DNA of 9,774 bases from NCBI GenBank assembly GCA_001600695.1, contig BCKQ01000018.1:133480-143253 (forward strand), given 5' to 3'. Positions within the stretch are counted from its first letter, which is position 1; every line of letters begins with the position of its first letter. Positions 9,486 to 9,774 of the stretch are shown piece after piece. This stretch comes from Ascoidea asiatica JCM 7603 (lineage: Eukaryota > Fungi > Ascomycota). Position numbers and translations under genes: made by a program. The notes beneath the pieces were generated by a model. The model did no database searches and was not told where the DNA came from. It saw only the letters and a list, made by a program, of their open reading frames with translations.

Positions 9486-9774
9486 TGTGAATTTTCATTC
9501 ATTTTACAAAATCAAATATATAAATTTTACGTACTTACAAACTATGTATTAACCAATTAACTCGTGCTAATCGATGATCTAAAAAGAAAACTAAATAAAT
9601 TATAAAAAAAAAAAGAGGAAATTGATTCCTTTTATATTAATTCGGGATTCCTACGGAGTCCCGCAGAACTATCGATAATTCTGGGGAATTCCCAAAAGTC
9701 CCAGGGATGCTACGTAAAATCACGGGGCGGGGGATATCGAGTTTACGTTGTAAAAAGGGTTGAAAACTTGATTA
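9486..9774 (+). repeat. LTR-like repeat, family B, right copy (truncated by window end), inserted into the copia RT
   Basis: Begins TGTGAATTTTCATTC, 10 bp after the RT motif WVFVKK, where homology to the left copy starts. 9664-9774 is the exact reverse complement of 122-232. 9486-9663 is a diverged match to 233-407. Confidence 0.8.

Noticed and set aside
122-9774. Single DNA transposon, Polinton or linear plasmid with long terminal inverted repeats
   Set aside because: The repeat has a sharp inner TG start that truncates an RT frame, and no transposase or protein-primed polymerase motif was seen inside. Independent LTR insertions fit better.
1-9774. CRISPR array, tRNA or rRNA genes
   Set aside because: No regularly spaced repeats, cloverleaf or recognisable rRNA segments seen.

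Overview
Very AT-rich, eukaryote-like (probably fungal/yeast, inferred) DNA with no intact gene. It reads as a nest of decayed elements. (1) A degenerate Ty1/copia-superfamily LTR retrotransposon lies on the + strand: candidate 5' LTR 6117-6536, then gag-protease-integrase and the start of RT at ~6896-9485, with many stops and frameshifts. Its RT is cut off just after WVFVKK by a second repeat. (2) Two copies of that second LTR-like repeat point outwards at the window ends (12-407 on -, 9486-9774 on +). They form a long inverted repeat whose outer 111 bp are identical. (3) A ~2.8 kb decayed ORF of unknown identity lies on - (3287 to ~447). (4) An extremely AT-rich spacer covers ~3300-4790. (5) A GC-richer, decayed coding-like relic lies on - (~4800-6116), possibly of viral origin, and the copia LTR abuts it. 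The most interesting signal is that both otherwise dissimilar LTR candidates end in CA followed immediately by AGCCCGT. This is a non-canonical primer-binding-site candidate that would pair with an initiator-tRNA-like anticodon arm (ACGGG-CU).
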